The notes under the pieces were generated by a model. The model was not told where the DNA came from, made no database searches, and saw only the letters and a list, made by a program, of their open reading frames with translations. The translations under genes and the position numbers were made by a program. From Dehalococcoidia bacterium UBA1152 (lineage in GTDB: Bacteria; Chloroflexota; Dehalococcoidia; Lucifugimonadales; UBA2962): a DNA stretch of 64,000 nucleotides. Below are positions 1 to 9,804 of the stretch, one piece after another (the stretch's first letter is position 1; the number at the start of each line of letters is the position of its first letter). The DNA lies in contig DBZU01000074.1 of the NCBI GenBank assembly GCA_002311285.1, forward strand, positions 71,222 through 135,221. The letters run 5' to 3'.

Positions 1-879
1 CAGTTTGGACATAAAGGAGTATCTTCTCAGGCCGGATCTGGATTTGAAGGATTTGATAACTTTGCTGGATTTGGAGATATATTTGAAACATTCTTTGGAG
101 GATTTGAAGGGCATCAAAGTGGCAGAAGGGCTACTCGTGGAGCGAGTCTTCAAACTTCCATAACTATTGAATTCCAAGATGTTGTTAGTGGAATAGAAAA
201 ACAAATAGAAGTTATTAGATCAGAAGGATGTGGAAAATGTAATGGCACCAGAAGAGAGCCTGGAACAGAATTAAGAATATGTGCTAGTTGTAATGGACAG
301 GGCAGAGTGCGAAGAGCTTCACAAGGGATGTTTGGACAATTTGTCCAGGTAGTTGCTTGTAATGCGTGTTCAGGTGAGGGTCAAGTCGTATCTAGCCCTT
401 GTAAACAATGCAAAGGGAAAGGCACAGAGCGTAAGAAGCGCAGATTAGCTGTTACTATACCTGTCGGAATCGAGAACGGGACTCAACTTAAATTAACTGG
501 AGAAGGTGAAGTAGGAATGAGTGGCGGCCGGCCGGGAGATCTATTTGTAATAGTCAATGTAAAAGAACATCCATTATTTGTGCGTCAAGGCAACGACATA
601 AAACATACAGAAATTATTGATATTGCACAAGCCAGTCTTGGAAGTAAAGTTTTGGTGGCTACCATTGATGGTGAAGCAGAATTAGACATTCCCTCAGGTA
701 TTCAGTCAGGGCAAGTAATAAGATTGCGCGATAAAGGTATCCCTTATCTTAAAAACCCAAAGAAACGTGGAAGTCAATTGGTGGAGGTAGTAGTAGAAAC
801 ACCGCGTACACTATCTAAAGAACAACGTAAAATTTTACAGTCCTTTGCCTCTACACTTAAAGGACATAATGAAGGTTAA
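1..879 (+). CDS. dnaJ: Molecular chaperone DnaJ (5' end outside window)
   Basis: Frame 1 is open from the window edge. It has a Gly/Phe-rich segment, then four CxxCxGxG zinc-finger repeats (CGKCNGTR, CASCNGQG, CNACSGEG, CKQCKGKG) and a C-terminal client-binding region. The track ORF 307..879 is only its distal part. Confidence 0.9.
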   Translation, partial: QFGHKGVSSQAGSGFEGFDNFAGFGDIFETFFGGFEGHQSGRRATRGASLQTSITIEFQDVVSGIEKQIEVIRSEGCGKCNGTRREPGTELRICASCNGQGRVRRASQGMFGQFVQVVACNACSGEGQVVSSPCKQCKGKGTERKKRRLAVTIPVGIENGTQLKLTGEGEVGMSGGRPGDLFVIVNVKEHPLFVRQGNDIKHTEIIDIAQASLGSKVLVATIDGEAELDIPSGIQSGQVIRLRDKGIPYLKNPKKRGSQLVEVVVETPRTLSKEQRKILQSFASTLKGHNEG

Positions 880-985
880 GCAGGCAATGCACAACACGTT
901 CCACAAGGAATTTGCATACCACAAATCTAACTTATCCTAAGTTTAATTGAAGTAATTTGTATCACTGTGTAGTAAAGCAAATTAA

Positions 986-1900
986 ATGAATCCTGATATC
1001 ACATGGGTAGAAATTAGTGTTAAAACACGTCCTGAATTTGTCGAGCCGATATCAGAATTGTTTAGTACATACGGCGGCGGCGATATAGTGGTAGAGATCG
1101 AGGGGGGGCATAGTCCTGATGAAGATGAATTACCACCAAAACCTGATTGGATACTTATCAAAACATATATTCGCAAAGACTCTACATATTTAACCAAACA
1201 CGGAGCAATACAAGCAGGGATATCTCTTTTTAGCCAAGTAGGTGAACTGCGCTCATTGCGATTCGTCGAGCTAATTGAAGATGAATGGAAACAAGCCTAC
1301 AAGAGATATATAGAACCTATAAATATAGGTAACCGCATTGCCGTAATTCCAAGTTGGGTTACAGAGTTCAATTCAGGTTTGCGGCATGTAATCAGATTAG
1401 ATCCAGGAATGGCTTTTGGTACTGGACATCATCCAACTACTAAGATGTGTCTAGAATTAATAGAAAAACTAATGAAACCTAATTCTGTGGTTTTGGATTT
1501 AGGCTGCGGTTCAGCTATTCTCTCGATAGCTGCAGCAAAGTTGGGAGCCAAGAGTGTCACAGGCTTGGATATTGATGATCAAGCGATTAAGGCTGCTAGA
1601 GAAAATGTCGTGAATAATAATGCCTCTGCGGTTGTTGATATTTCATTGGGCAGCTTGGATGATCTCAGGGAGGGCGCTAAATACCAATTGTTGATTGCCA
1701 ATATATCAACGACAGTGATAATTAAACTTTTGAGACTAATTGAATCTTATTTAGACATTAACGGGATCGCCATTTTATCTGGGGTTGTTATCGGAAGAAA
1801 AGATGAAGTGTCTAATAAGATAAAAGCTGCTGGGTGTAAGATTATGGAAGAAGTTGTCAATGATGAGTGGATTTGCTTTGCAGTTTGTAGAGATTGCTAA
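986..1900 (+). CDS. prmA: Ribosomal protein L11 methyltransferase
   Basis: 304 aa. Contains the GTGHHPTT motif and the SAM-binding VLDLGCGSAIL motif. Shows the conserved dnaJ-prmA synteny. Confidence 0.88.
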   Translation: MNPDITWVEISVKTRPEFVEPISELFSTYGGGDIVVEIEGGHSPDEDELPPKPDWILIKTYIRKDSTYLTKHGAIQAGISLFSQVGELRSLRFVELIEDEWKQAYKRYIEPINIGNRIAVIPSWVTEFNSGLRHVIRLDPGMAFGTGHHPTTKMCLELIEKLMKPNSVVLDLGCGSAILSIAAAKLGAKSVTGLDIDDQAIKAARENVVNNNASAVVDISLGSLDDLREGAKYQLLIANISTTVIIKLLRLIESYLDINGIAILSGVVIGRKDEVSNKIKAAGCKIMEEVVNDEWICFAVCRDC

Positions 1901-1916
1901 GGTAGAGATTTCTTAA

Positions 1917-2933
1917 TTAGCCCCATTCTGGAGCTAGTGCACGCCCTAACAGGCCTGACATCGCGGCCTCCAACGATAAGTTCTCATATAATATCTCGTA
2001 TGTACACCTAGTAATCGGCATGTCGACTTGTAACCTATCAGATAACTTTACTGCTGCAGCTGTAGTGTCAACACCTTCTGCTACGTGATTCATCGATTGG
2101 AGTATGTCATTTAATGTGACACCAGAAGCTAATTTAAAACCCACTGTGCGGTTCCTGCTCAGTTCACTGTAACACGTAGCGATCATGTCACCCATACCGG
2201 CAAGACCAGCAAGGGTTAATGGGTCACCTCCAGCTGCTACGGATAACCGCACTATCTCGGCTAAACCTCGGGTTATAAATGCAGATTTAGCGTTATCTCC
2301 AACTTTCATACCATCACAAATACCAGCTCCTATGGCAAAAACATTTTTCAGCGCGCCTCCTAGTTCTACTCCTACTATGTCGTTATTTGTATATACCCGG
2401 AACAATTCAGAGCTAAATATATGTTGGACCTTTTTAGCTTGAGTGTCAGACACACAGGCAATAACAGTTGCTGAAGGCTTACCTTGCAAAATTTCATTTG
2501 CTAAATTTGGTCCTGAGAGAACAGATAATGTTCCATTCCATTTACTGTTTAACTCTTCAGATATCATTTCTGTTATACGCATTCCGGATGTCTTTTCTAA
2601 GCCTTTTGTTGCACTTACCAGTATTGTGTCTTGCGCAACAAAATTTGAAATCAGACGAATATTTTCTCTTATAGTGTTACTTGGCACAGCTATTACAATT
2701 ACTTGAGCACGGCTAACTGCCTGTGCGGGTGAAGCTGTTATGGACAATGAAGGTGGAAAACCTATTCCCGGAGCAAATCGTGTATTTTGACCATCGTTAA
2801 CTAGCCTTTCTGACTCTTCGTCTGTTCTAGCCAATAGATTTACTACTATACCTTTTCTAGCGAGCAATATAGCTAGAGTAGTACCCCAACTGGTCGTTCC
2901 TATAACTGCTGCATTAAGTTCTTGGACATTCAT
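1917..2933 (-). CDS. gpsA: NAD(P)H-dependent glycerol-3-phosphate dehydrogenase
   Basis: 338 aa. N-terminal Rossmann fold (GTTSWGTTLA) and the GALKNV motif. Lies in der-plsY-gpsA synteny. Confidence 0.9.
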   Translation of the reverse strand: MNVQELNAAVIGTTSWGTTLAILLARKGIVVNLLARTDEESERLVNDGQNTRFAPGIGFPPSLSITASPAQAVSRAQVIVIAVPSNTIRENIRLISNFVAQDTILVSATKGLEKTSGMRITEMISEELNSKWNGTLSVLSGPNLANEILQGKPSATVIACVSDTQAKKVQHIFSSELFRVYTNNDIVGVELGGALKNVFAIGAGICDGMKVGDNAKSAFITRGLAEIVRLSVAAGGDPLTLAGLAGMGDMIATCYSELSRNRTVGFKLASGVTLNDILQSMNHVAEGVDTTAAAVKLSDRLQVDMPITRCTYEILYENLSLEAAMSGLLGRALAPEWG

Positions 2934-2966
2934 ATTTAGTGATTATTGTATGTATTCTACACACAG

Positions 2967-3584
2967 TTATCCTCTTCTAAATTTACGCTCTTCACCTTTT
3001 ATTAAGCGCTGGATATTGTCATGATGCCTCAGGACAATAAGAGGGCCTCCAATAGCCCCAAACCATATAAACTCCAAGGGGACTGGACCTCCAGGCAAAT
3101 CTATTTTGGTAGCAGCAAAAATAATTAGTGCTATACAGCCTACGCTAGCTCCTATCATGGATCCAATAGACATATATCGAGACGCATACACTATACTAAG
3201 CCCAATTACCGTTGCTATAAGGCCAGCCCAAGGGGAAAGTATAAATAAACCACCCCAACCTGTTGAAATAGCCCTGCCTCCCCGGAACCCTGCGAAGACT
3301 GGGAACATATGCCCTATCACCGCTGCTATACCTGCAGCGGACTCGGCTCCCGGTGTGTCAGTAAATATTCTAGCTAATGCAATTGCAATTATGGCTTTTG
3401 ACATGTCAAGCAGCAGCACAGTTACACCTGCCTTTTTCCCTGAAACTCGTATGACATTTGTCATGCCCGTTTTTCCACTGCCAGTATCTCGAACGTCTAC
3501 TTTTGTGGTTAACTTAGTAGCTATAAGCCCAAAAGGAATAGCTCCAAGTAAATATCCGACTATTATGAAAATCAGGTAATCCAT
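2967..3584 (-). CDS. plsY: Acyl-phosphate:glycerol-3-phosphate acyltransferase PlsY
   Basis: 205 aa polytopic membrane protein with the GSGKTGMTNV and HMFPVF motifs. Its start overlaps the der stop by 1 nt (TAATG). Confidence 0.9.
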   Translation of the reverse strand: MDYLIFIIVGYLLGAIPFGLIATKLTTKVDVRDTGSGKTGMTNVIRVSGKKAGVTVLLLDMSKAIIAIALARIFTDTPGAESAAGIAAVIGHMFPVFAGFRGGRAISTGWGGLFILSPWAGLIATVIGLSIVYASRYMSIGSMIGASVGCIALIIFAATKIDLPGGPVPLEFIWFGAIGGPLIVLRHHDNIQRLIKGEERKFRRG

Positions 3585-4927
3585 TAATGCTCCCCTCTTC
3601 CTTTAAATCGCATTTTTAAAGGAGTTCCATCAAAACCGTACGTTTTCCTTATGATGTTTTCTAGGTATCTACGATATGAGAAATGAACTAAATCGCTTCT
3701 ATTTACATAAAAAGTAAATCCTGGAGGGCCAAAACCATCTTGTGTGACCCCATATATTTTCAATCCGTGTCTTGAATTCGATGCAGGCGGATGATCTGCA
3801 ACTGCATTAAGTACCGTCCTTCTCAAATCATAACGCGGCAGGCTCTGGTTCCATTGTAAATGTACGTTAAATACTTCGTCGAGCATCTGATTTAAACCGG
3901 TTTTATTTAAAGCGGATATAAATTGTATAGGCACAAAGTGGATGAATTTCATTTTTTCTCTAATAACTTTCCTGGTTTCATCTTTTGAAAGTCCGAGCTT
4001 TTTGGATAAATCCCATTTGTTGACGACAATCACAATACCTCTATGTGCTTGCAAGAGGTAACTTGCTACATGTGAATCTTGACCAGTCGCTAATTCAGCT
4101 GCATCCATGACTAGCAGAGACACTTCTGAACGTTCTACTGCCCTAAGTGCCCTAATCACACTGTAATTCTCTATACCAGGCTCTATACGCCCTCTACGCC
4201 TAATGCCAGCTGTATCAATAAGTAATATAGATTTATCTTTATATGTTATATAACTGTCTATCGCATCCCTAGTTGTTCCCGGCATATCACTTACAATGGA
4301 ACGGTTATCACCAGACAGAGCGTTTAATAATTGTGATTTTCCAACATTTGCTCGGCCTACAATAGATAAACGAACATCAGATTCCACATCATTTACTAAA
4401 GTGTTATCTGGTAAACGCTCGATCACCGTTAACATTAATTCATCGATGCCATGGTTGTGGTAAGCGCTTAACGGTATCGGTTCCCCAAGGCCTAGCTTAT
4501 AAAATTCCGAGGTGTCTGCTTCTCTTTGAATATTATCTGCTTTATTCACTGCCAACACGACTTGATTGCCAGCAACTCTAAGTTTTTGCGCAACGTTTAT
4601 GTCATCTGGGGTGATTCCTGTATTTGCATCAGTCGTAAATATAATCACATCAGCATCTGATATAGCCATATCAACCTGTGATTGAACTTTAGACAGAATC
4701 GGAGCTGCAGTCACTGCATGGCTCTCTTTGGATTCAAGGCCGCCTGTATCTACCAACAAAAATGGTTTATCTGCCCATTCTGTTTGAGTAATTATGCGGT
4801 CTCGAGTTGTTCCAGCCACATCAGATACTATTGCCTGTCTGTCCCCTATGATTCTGTTGAAGATAGTGGATTTGCCTACATTTGGACGACCAACAATAGC
4901 TACCAATGGGATAGCATAACTTTTCAT
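3584..4927 (-). CDS. der: Ribosome-biogenesis GTPase Der (EngA)
   Basis: 447 aa with two tandem GTPase domains (GRPNVGKST and GRANVGKSQ P-loops; DTGG and DTAG; NKAD and NKWD) plus a KH-like C-terminus. Confidence 0.95.
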   Translation of the reverse strand: MKSYAIPLVAIVGRPNVGKSTIFNRIIGDRQAIVSDVAGTTRDRIITQTEWADKPFLLVDTGGLESKESHAVTAAPILSKVQSQVDMAISDADVIIFTTDANTGITPDDINVAQKLRVAGNQVVLAVNKADNIQREADTSEFYKLGLGEPIPLSAYHNHGIDELMLTVIERLPDNTLVNDVESDVRLSIVGRANVGKSQLLNALSGDNRSIVSDMPGTTRDAIDSYITYKDKSILLIDTAGIRRRGRIEPGIENYSVIRALRAVERSEVSLLVMDAAELATGQDSHVASYLLQAHRGIVIVVNKWDLSKKLGLSKDETRKVIREKMKFIHFVPIQFISALNKTGLNQMLDEVFNVHLQWNQSLPRYDLRRTVLNAVADHPPASNSRHGLKIYGVTQDGFGPPGFTFYVNRSDLVHFSYRRYLENIIRKTYGFDGTPLKMRFKGRGEH

Positions 4928-4938
4928 TAACTTATTAC

Positions 4939-5868
4939 CTATTCTAATAAGCTCGACAATATCGCTTTTTGCATATGAAGTCTATTTTCTGCCTGATCAA
5001 ATACAACTGATTGTGAGTGATTTAGTAAACCTGTAGATATTTCCTCGCCCTCATGAGCAGGCATATCGTGCATGAATATAGCTGTACTTTTTGCTAAACT
5101 GAGCAGTTCTGGAGTGACTTGATACCCTTGAAAGTCATCAATTCGTTGCCTAGATTCACTTTCATTCCCCATACTAATCCATACATCGGTATAAATTACA
5201 TCTGCTGTAGCAACAGCCTTTTTTGGATTATCACACCATTCGATTTTACAATCATTACCTTTTGATTTATTAACAGCTTTTTTCCATATAGATTCGCTAA
5301 TCTTGTAGTTTTCAGGACTACATAATACAAAATTAGCGCCGAGAGCAGCTGCCGATAATGCTAGGCTGGCCGCCACATTATTACCGTCGCCTATAAAAAC
5401 GATTCTAGTTTTTGCAACCTGACCTAATTTTTCATGTATGGTTAACATATCGGATAAAGCTTGACAAGGATGCTCCAAGTCAGAGAGAGCATTTATTACA
5501 GGCACCAAAGAGCTTTTTTGGAGCTGCCTTAAAGTTTCATGAGAAAATACTCGTGCTATTATGCCATCAAACCATCTACTGATAACGTTTGAAATATCTG
5601 GGATTGGTTCTCTTTCGCCTATTCCAATATCATCCTTATTGAAGTAAACACAGTTGCCGCCTAATTGTTTTATGCCTACTTCAAAACTAGCCCGTGTTCT
5701 TAACGATGGTTTTTCAAATAACAAGGCTAAGTTTTTGTTTTTTAATGTTTGTGTAAAGAAGTTTTTTTCAGTTTTAAATTCGTGGGCATCCATTATAAGC
5801 TTATGAATCTGTTGATCAGTCAAATCCGATACAGATAATAAATGGTTCAGTCTATGTGTCTTTTTCAT
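4939..5868 (-). CDS. argF: Ornithine carbamoyltransferase
   Basis: 309 aa with the SLRTR carbamoyl-phosphate motif and the HPCQ, DVWISMG and HDMPAH motifs. Confidence 0.85.
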   Translation of the reverse strand: MKKTHRLNHLLSVSDLTDQQIHKLIMDAHEFKTEKNFFTQTLKNKNLALLFEKPSLRTRASFEVGIKQLGGNCVYFNKDDIGIGEREPIPDISNVISRWFDGIIARVFSHETLRQLQKSSLVPVINALSDLEHPCQALSDMLTIHEKLGQVAKTRIVFIGDGNNVAASLALSAAALGANFVLCSPENYKISESIWKKAVNKSKGNDCKIEWCDNPKKAVATADVIYTDVWISMGNESESRQRIDDFQGYQVTPELLSLAKSTAIFMHDMPAHEGEEISTGLLNHSQSVVFDQAENRLHMQKAILSSLLE

Positions 5869-5962
5869 AGGACAAGGTTCTCCAAGGCCGGATAATAAGC
5901 TACAGTAAGCTAAAACTGCAAGACTCGTTGATGAAGTTATATTGTGATTAATAGATAATATT

Positions 5963-6289
5963 ATGGATAAAGCTATGGGAAAAGATTTTACAGCAACAAG
6001 TGTACACCTAAGTGAAGACGCGATAGTGATCGAATGGAATGATGGACAAAGCTGTCAATACAGCGCGATGGAAATGCGCTTAAACTGTAGATGTGCGGAA
6101 TGTGTTGAAGAATGGAGCCAAAGACGAATACTTGATCCAGCATCGGTACCAAGTGATATAAGGGCAGAAGATTATATTCTTGTCGGCAATTATGCAATTC
6201 AATTTCTTTGGAGTGATGCACACTACACAGGTATATATCCTTTTGATGTAATACGAAAACTTTTTCCATGTAAAACAACAGATAGATGA
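5963..6289 (+). CDS. DUF971 (gamma-butyrobetaine hydroxylase N-terminal-like) small protein
   Basis: 108 aa with a CRCAEC cysteine motif and a W..H.TGIY tail typical of DUF971. Confidence 0.65.
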   Translation: MDKAMGKDFTATSVHLSEDAIVIEWNDGQSCQYSAMEMRLNCRCAECVEEWSQRRILDPASVPSDIRAEDYILVGNYAIQFLWSDAHYTGIYPFDVIRKLFPCKTTDR

Positions 6290-6349
6290 CGCCTTTAATA
6301 CCTGAAAAAGTCTTGAATTAAAACATAAGCAATAAAAGTAACCTCTAAA

Positions 6350-7078
6350 ATGAAAATCAAATTTCCAAATGCTGTTTTTTTTGACCTTGATGATACCATC
6401 CTTGCAACTAAACTTTGTTCCAGTGAATGTTGGGAATTGTTGTCGGAGGAATACGCGCCATTTTTCCATCAGAGTGGTCATTCTGATATTACCCCTGCAA
6501 ATATAGTCGAATCAATAAACAATTTTCGCTTGTGGTTTTGGTCGGATAAAAATCGCAACAAAGCGGGGCGATTAAACCCAGAGAACGCCCTTTTAGAGAC
6601 TATAAATGGTGGATTGGAGTTACTAGGCATCAAAGATTTAGAAGCATCTAAAATCATGGCAGATAAGTGGAACAATTTGCGTTGGTCGAAGTTAAAGCCA
6701 TTACCCAAGGCGATTGAGACGATAAAGGAATTGAAATCAGCTGGAGTTAGATTGGCGTTGATTACTAATGGTAATGTAGAGATACAATCTAGGAAGATAA
6801 GTAAATTGGGGTTGGAAAATCTTATGGATCATATACACATTGAGGGTGAATTTGGTATAGGTAAGCCTGAACCTGCTGTTTATTTAAATGCTCTAAAGCA
6901 GCTTGATGTTATTGCCAGTCAAACATGGATGGCAGGAGACAATATCGAATTTGATGTAATAGCTCCAATGAAACTTGGCATCTACGGAATTTGGGTAGAC
7001 TCGAATGACTTAGGGTTGGAATCCCATGACGGGACTAAGCCTGATTTAGTTGTAAAGTCTATATCTGAGCTGATATAA
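6350..7078 (+). CDS. HAD-superfamily hydrolase
   Basis: 242 aa with the FFDLDDT (DxDxT) nucleophile motif, a TNG motif, and the late GKPEP and GDN..D motifs. Confidence 0.75.
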   Translation: MKIKFPNAVFFDLDDTILATKLCSSECWELLSEEYAPFFHQSGHSDITPANIVESINNFRLWFWSDKNRNKAGRLNPENALLETINGGLELLGIKDLEASKIMADKWNNLRWSKLKPLPKAIETIKELKSAGVRLALITNGNVEIQSRKISKLGLENLMDHIHIEGEFGIGKPEPAVYLNALKQLDVIASQTWMAGDNIEFDVIAPMKLGIYGIWVDSNDLGLESHDGTKPDLVVKSISELI

Positions 7079-7119
7079 AAGTATATGCTGATATCCTGTT
7101 TGATAGATTTCCACAAAGT

Positions 7120-7947
7120 CTATATGAACATGTTATCAATTAGGCGTGTCTTGCCTATATGAGCGGCGACTAGAGCTATTGCATTTTTGTCTACAATATC
7201 GAGTTCATTAAAAGAGTCTGGGTCACAAATTGAGATGTAATCTAATTCAGCCCCATGCCGCGTTAAATCTTTCTTCATGGCCGTTTTAATTTTTTCTGCA
7301 GAATATTCTCCATTTACTCTCATTCTATAAGCTGTATTTAAAGCTGAGAATAAACCTAATGCCGATTGTTTTTCTAATTTATTTAAATTTGAATTTCTAG
7401 AAGACAAAGCCAGTCCATCACTAGACCTAACGGTGTCGACGTATATCAATTCAGTACGTATATTAAGGTCTGAGATCATCCGTTTGATCATCAGTAATTG
7501 CTGTGCATCCTTTTGACCAAAATACACGAAGTCGGGTGCGCAAATATTAAGCAATTTAATGACGATGGTAGCGACTCCATCCAAGTGCCCAGGCCTAGAA
7601 ACACCTTCTAATCTTTGACTTAAATTTTTAACAATCACCTTCGTTGTAAAAGAAGGAGGGTACATTTCTTCATCTAATGGCATAAAGACAATGTCTGCTT
7701 TTTGTTCCTTCATTATTTTTAAATCATTAGATACGTTTTTTGGATATGATAAGTAATCCTCTCGAATATTAAATTGAAGTGGATTAACGAAAATGGAAGC
7801 GACAACCGTATCACACTGGCTTTTAGCTGTTTTTAATAGAGCAATGTGTCCTTCGTGAATAGCTCCCATTGTTGGAACTAGACCAATGGATCCCTTTGCA
7901 CTGTTTAGTAGATCGCGACACTCCTGTACTGTGCTTATTATTTCCAT
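7120..7947 (-). CDS. panC: Pantoate--beta-alanine ligase
   Basis: 275 aa with PTMGAIHEGH (HIGH-like) and FGQKDAQQ motifs. Confidence 0.9.
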   Translation of the reverse strand: MEIISTVQECRDLLNSAKGSIGLVPTMGAIHEGHIALLKTAKSQCDTVVASIFVNPLQFNIREDYLSYPKNVSNDLKIMKEQKADIVFMPLDEEMYPPSFTTKVIVKNLSQRLEGVSRPGHLDGVATIVIKLLNICAPDFVYFGQKDAQQLLMIKRMISDLNIRTELIYVDTVRSSDGLALSSRNSNLNKLEKQSALGLFSALNTAYRMRVNGEYSAEKIKTAMKKDLTRHGAELDYISICDPDSFNELDIVDKNAIALVAAHIGKTRLIDNMFI

Positions 7948-7994
7948 TGTTAAAGATTAATCCCGAGAGTATTTAGAGCCCCTGTTATGGGTTC

Positions 7995-8807
7995 CTAATC
8001 AACTTCCTCTGTATAAAAGCTATGTGCAGTATTTGGGAACACTTTATCCTTCACCTCAGTCAAATAATCCTTTAACCCGTTGCGCATATAATCAGCCAAG
8101 TTAACATATTGCTTTGTATGTTTAGGTGTAAACAGCTCGAATAATCCTAAAATATCGTGCATTACCTGTATCTGTCCGTCGCAGTGTATTCCTGCCCCTA
8201 TGCCGATTGTGGGTATTTTTAATTTTGCCGTTATGGTTTTTGATACTTCTGCGGGAATTAATTCGAGCACAATGGCATAAGCACCAGCATTTTCTAATGC
8301 TAAAGCTTCATCAATCAGCCTGGATACTTGTTCCTTAGACTTACCCTGAACTTTGTATCCGCCGATTTGATTTATCGATTGTGGTGTAAGGCCAATATGC
8401 CCCATGACAGGTATACCAGTTGAAACCAACAGTTCAACTGTATTGCAAATGTGATGGCCGCCTTCAAGCTTAACGCTTTGAGCTCCAGCTTCCTTCAGAA
8501 ACCGTCCTGCATTCAGTAAACTAATATTTGGATCAGCGTTGTAGCTAAGAAAAGGCATATCAGCCACAACATGTGTTTTCGTTGCTGCCTTAACAACTGA
8601 TTTTGTATGATGTAACGACTCATCCATTGTTAATGGGATAGTATTGTCATTTCCCAACATTACTTGACTCAAAGAGTCTCCTACTAGGATTGCATCAAAT
8701 CCTATACCATCAATTATTCTGGCAGAAGTGTAATCATAAGCAGTAACCATGGCTATTGGTTCGCCTCGTTGCTTCATTTCAGAAAGTTTATGAATGCTAT
8801 TTTGCAA
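7995..8807 (-). CDS. panB: 3-methyl-2-oxobutanoate hydroxymethyltransferase
   Basis: Contains MVTAYDY, VGDSL and KLEGG motifs. The track start (TTG at 8822) is itself part of a GAGGAGG Shine-Dalgarno sequence. A TTG 6 nt downstream of that sequence (8807) is the more likely start. Confidence 0.88.
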   Translation of the reverse strand: MQNSIHKLSEMKQRGEPIAMVTAYDYTSARIIDGIGFDAILVGDSLSQVMLGNDNTIPLTMDESLHHTKSVVKAATKTHVVADMPFLSYNADPNISLLNAGRFLKEAGAQSVKLEGGHHICNTVELLVSTGIPVMGHIGLTPQSINQIGGYKVQGKSKEQVSRLIDEALALENAGAYAIVLELIPAEVSKTITAKLKIPTIGIGAGIHCDGQIQVMHDILGLFELFTPKHTKQYVNLADYMRNGLKDYLTEVKDKVFPNTAHSFYTEEVD

Positions 8808-8886
8808 TTGGTACCTCCTCAATATGCCCGAGTGAGGGTCGATGCTTTTAAAGCGTAGTTGTTAACTAATAATGAATTATATTCGA

Positions 8887-9783
8887 TTACAAAGGATTTT
8901 TACTTATGTATGCATTAAGCAAGTGTTCAATTTCTTTGACATCCTTAGTTTTGCACACACCTTTCTCGGCAGCAAATTTGAGCCCTGCTAAAGCAGTTGT
9001 TGCGTACATTTGCATAGCTTGAACACTTACACTTTTCATTGAATCGAGATGTTTTTTTACGGTTCCTACATCACCGCGTACGTAAGGGCCCGCAATTCCT
9101 CCCGGAATTCCATTAGCTTCTAACGCATCTGCCACACCTCTAATCATAGGGACAAGTGTTTTAAGGGCTTCGTTTCTCTCTACCCCTAACCTGTCTTCCC
9201 AAATCTGGGCTATTACGGCCGTTTGTCCCATTAATACTCCCCCAAGAGTTACTGCTGAAGCGTGGTAGAGTGGTTTATCTTCCGATCGTAGGAACATTGG
9301 CTTGCCATGTAGGTCTAATGCGAGTTGTGTAAGATAGTCTTTTAATCGTCCCTCGCCTTCAATACCAAAAGTTGAGCCAGGCAGAGCTTGTAAAGCTTTA
9401 TCGACGGAAGCAAAGGCTTGCAAAGGATGAAGCGATCCAATTAATGCCCCCTTAGACTCTGCGGATTTTAATACATCTAGTGAAGTTGCTCCAGAACAAT
9501 GCACAACGGCTTGATTAGAGCTCCATGGTATTGATTTAACTACTTCTTGTATGACGCTATCAAACGTAGTTATAAAAACTAGATCTGCTTGATCTGTTGA
9601 GTCCCGCATGGTTTCATATGCAATACATCCCTCTATCATACTTGCTAGATTTTTAGCCGAGTCATACGTTCTACTGGAAGCGGCCACTATGGAATATCCT
9701 GCGCGCGATAGAGCTACAGCTAATGTCTTTCCTACCGCTCCACATCCAATGAATGCTATTTTTGTTGATTTATCGAAGTTCAT
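8887..9783 (-). CDS. Rossmann-fold oxidoreductase with DUF2520-like C-terminal domain (candidate ketopantoate reductase)
   Basis: 298 aa with an N-terminal IAFIGCGAVGKT dinucleotide fold and a C-terminal GPYVRGD..T..KH motif. Lies directly upstream of panB-panC. Confidence 0.65.
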   Translation of the reverse strand: MNFDKSTKIAFIGCGAVGKTLAVALSRAGYSIVAASSRTYDSAKNLASMIEGCIAYETMRDSTDQADLVFITTFDSVIQEVVKSIPWSSNQAVVHCSGATSLDVLKSAESKGALIGSLHPLQAFASVDKALQALPGSTFGIEGEGRLKDYLTQLALDLHGKPMFLRSEDKPLYHASAVTLGGVLMGQTAVIAQIWEDRLGVERNEALKTLVPMIRGVADALEANGIPGGIAGPYVRGDVGTVKKHLDSMKSVSVQAMQMYATTALAGLKFAAEKGVCKTKDVKEIEHLLNAYISKNPL

Positions 9784-9804
9784 CTGATCCCCTTCAAAAA
9801 GCTT

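Noticed and set aside
2185-2706. Three plus-strand ORFs (2185..2442, 2443..2706, 2468..2674) inside gpsA
   Set aside because: They are antisense to a well-supported gene. Their composition is low-complexity Ser/Pro/Ile-rich, they have no motifs and no Shine-Dalgarno sequence. These are typical shadow ORFs.
3106-3579. 157-aa plus-strand ORF antisense to plsY
   Set aside because: It lies entirely within plsY on the opposite strand and has no recognisable domain. The hydrophobic mirror of a membrane protein commonly stays open.
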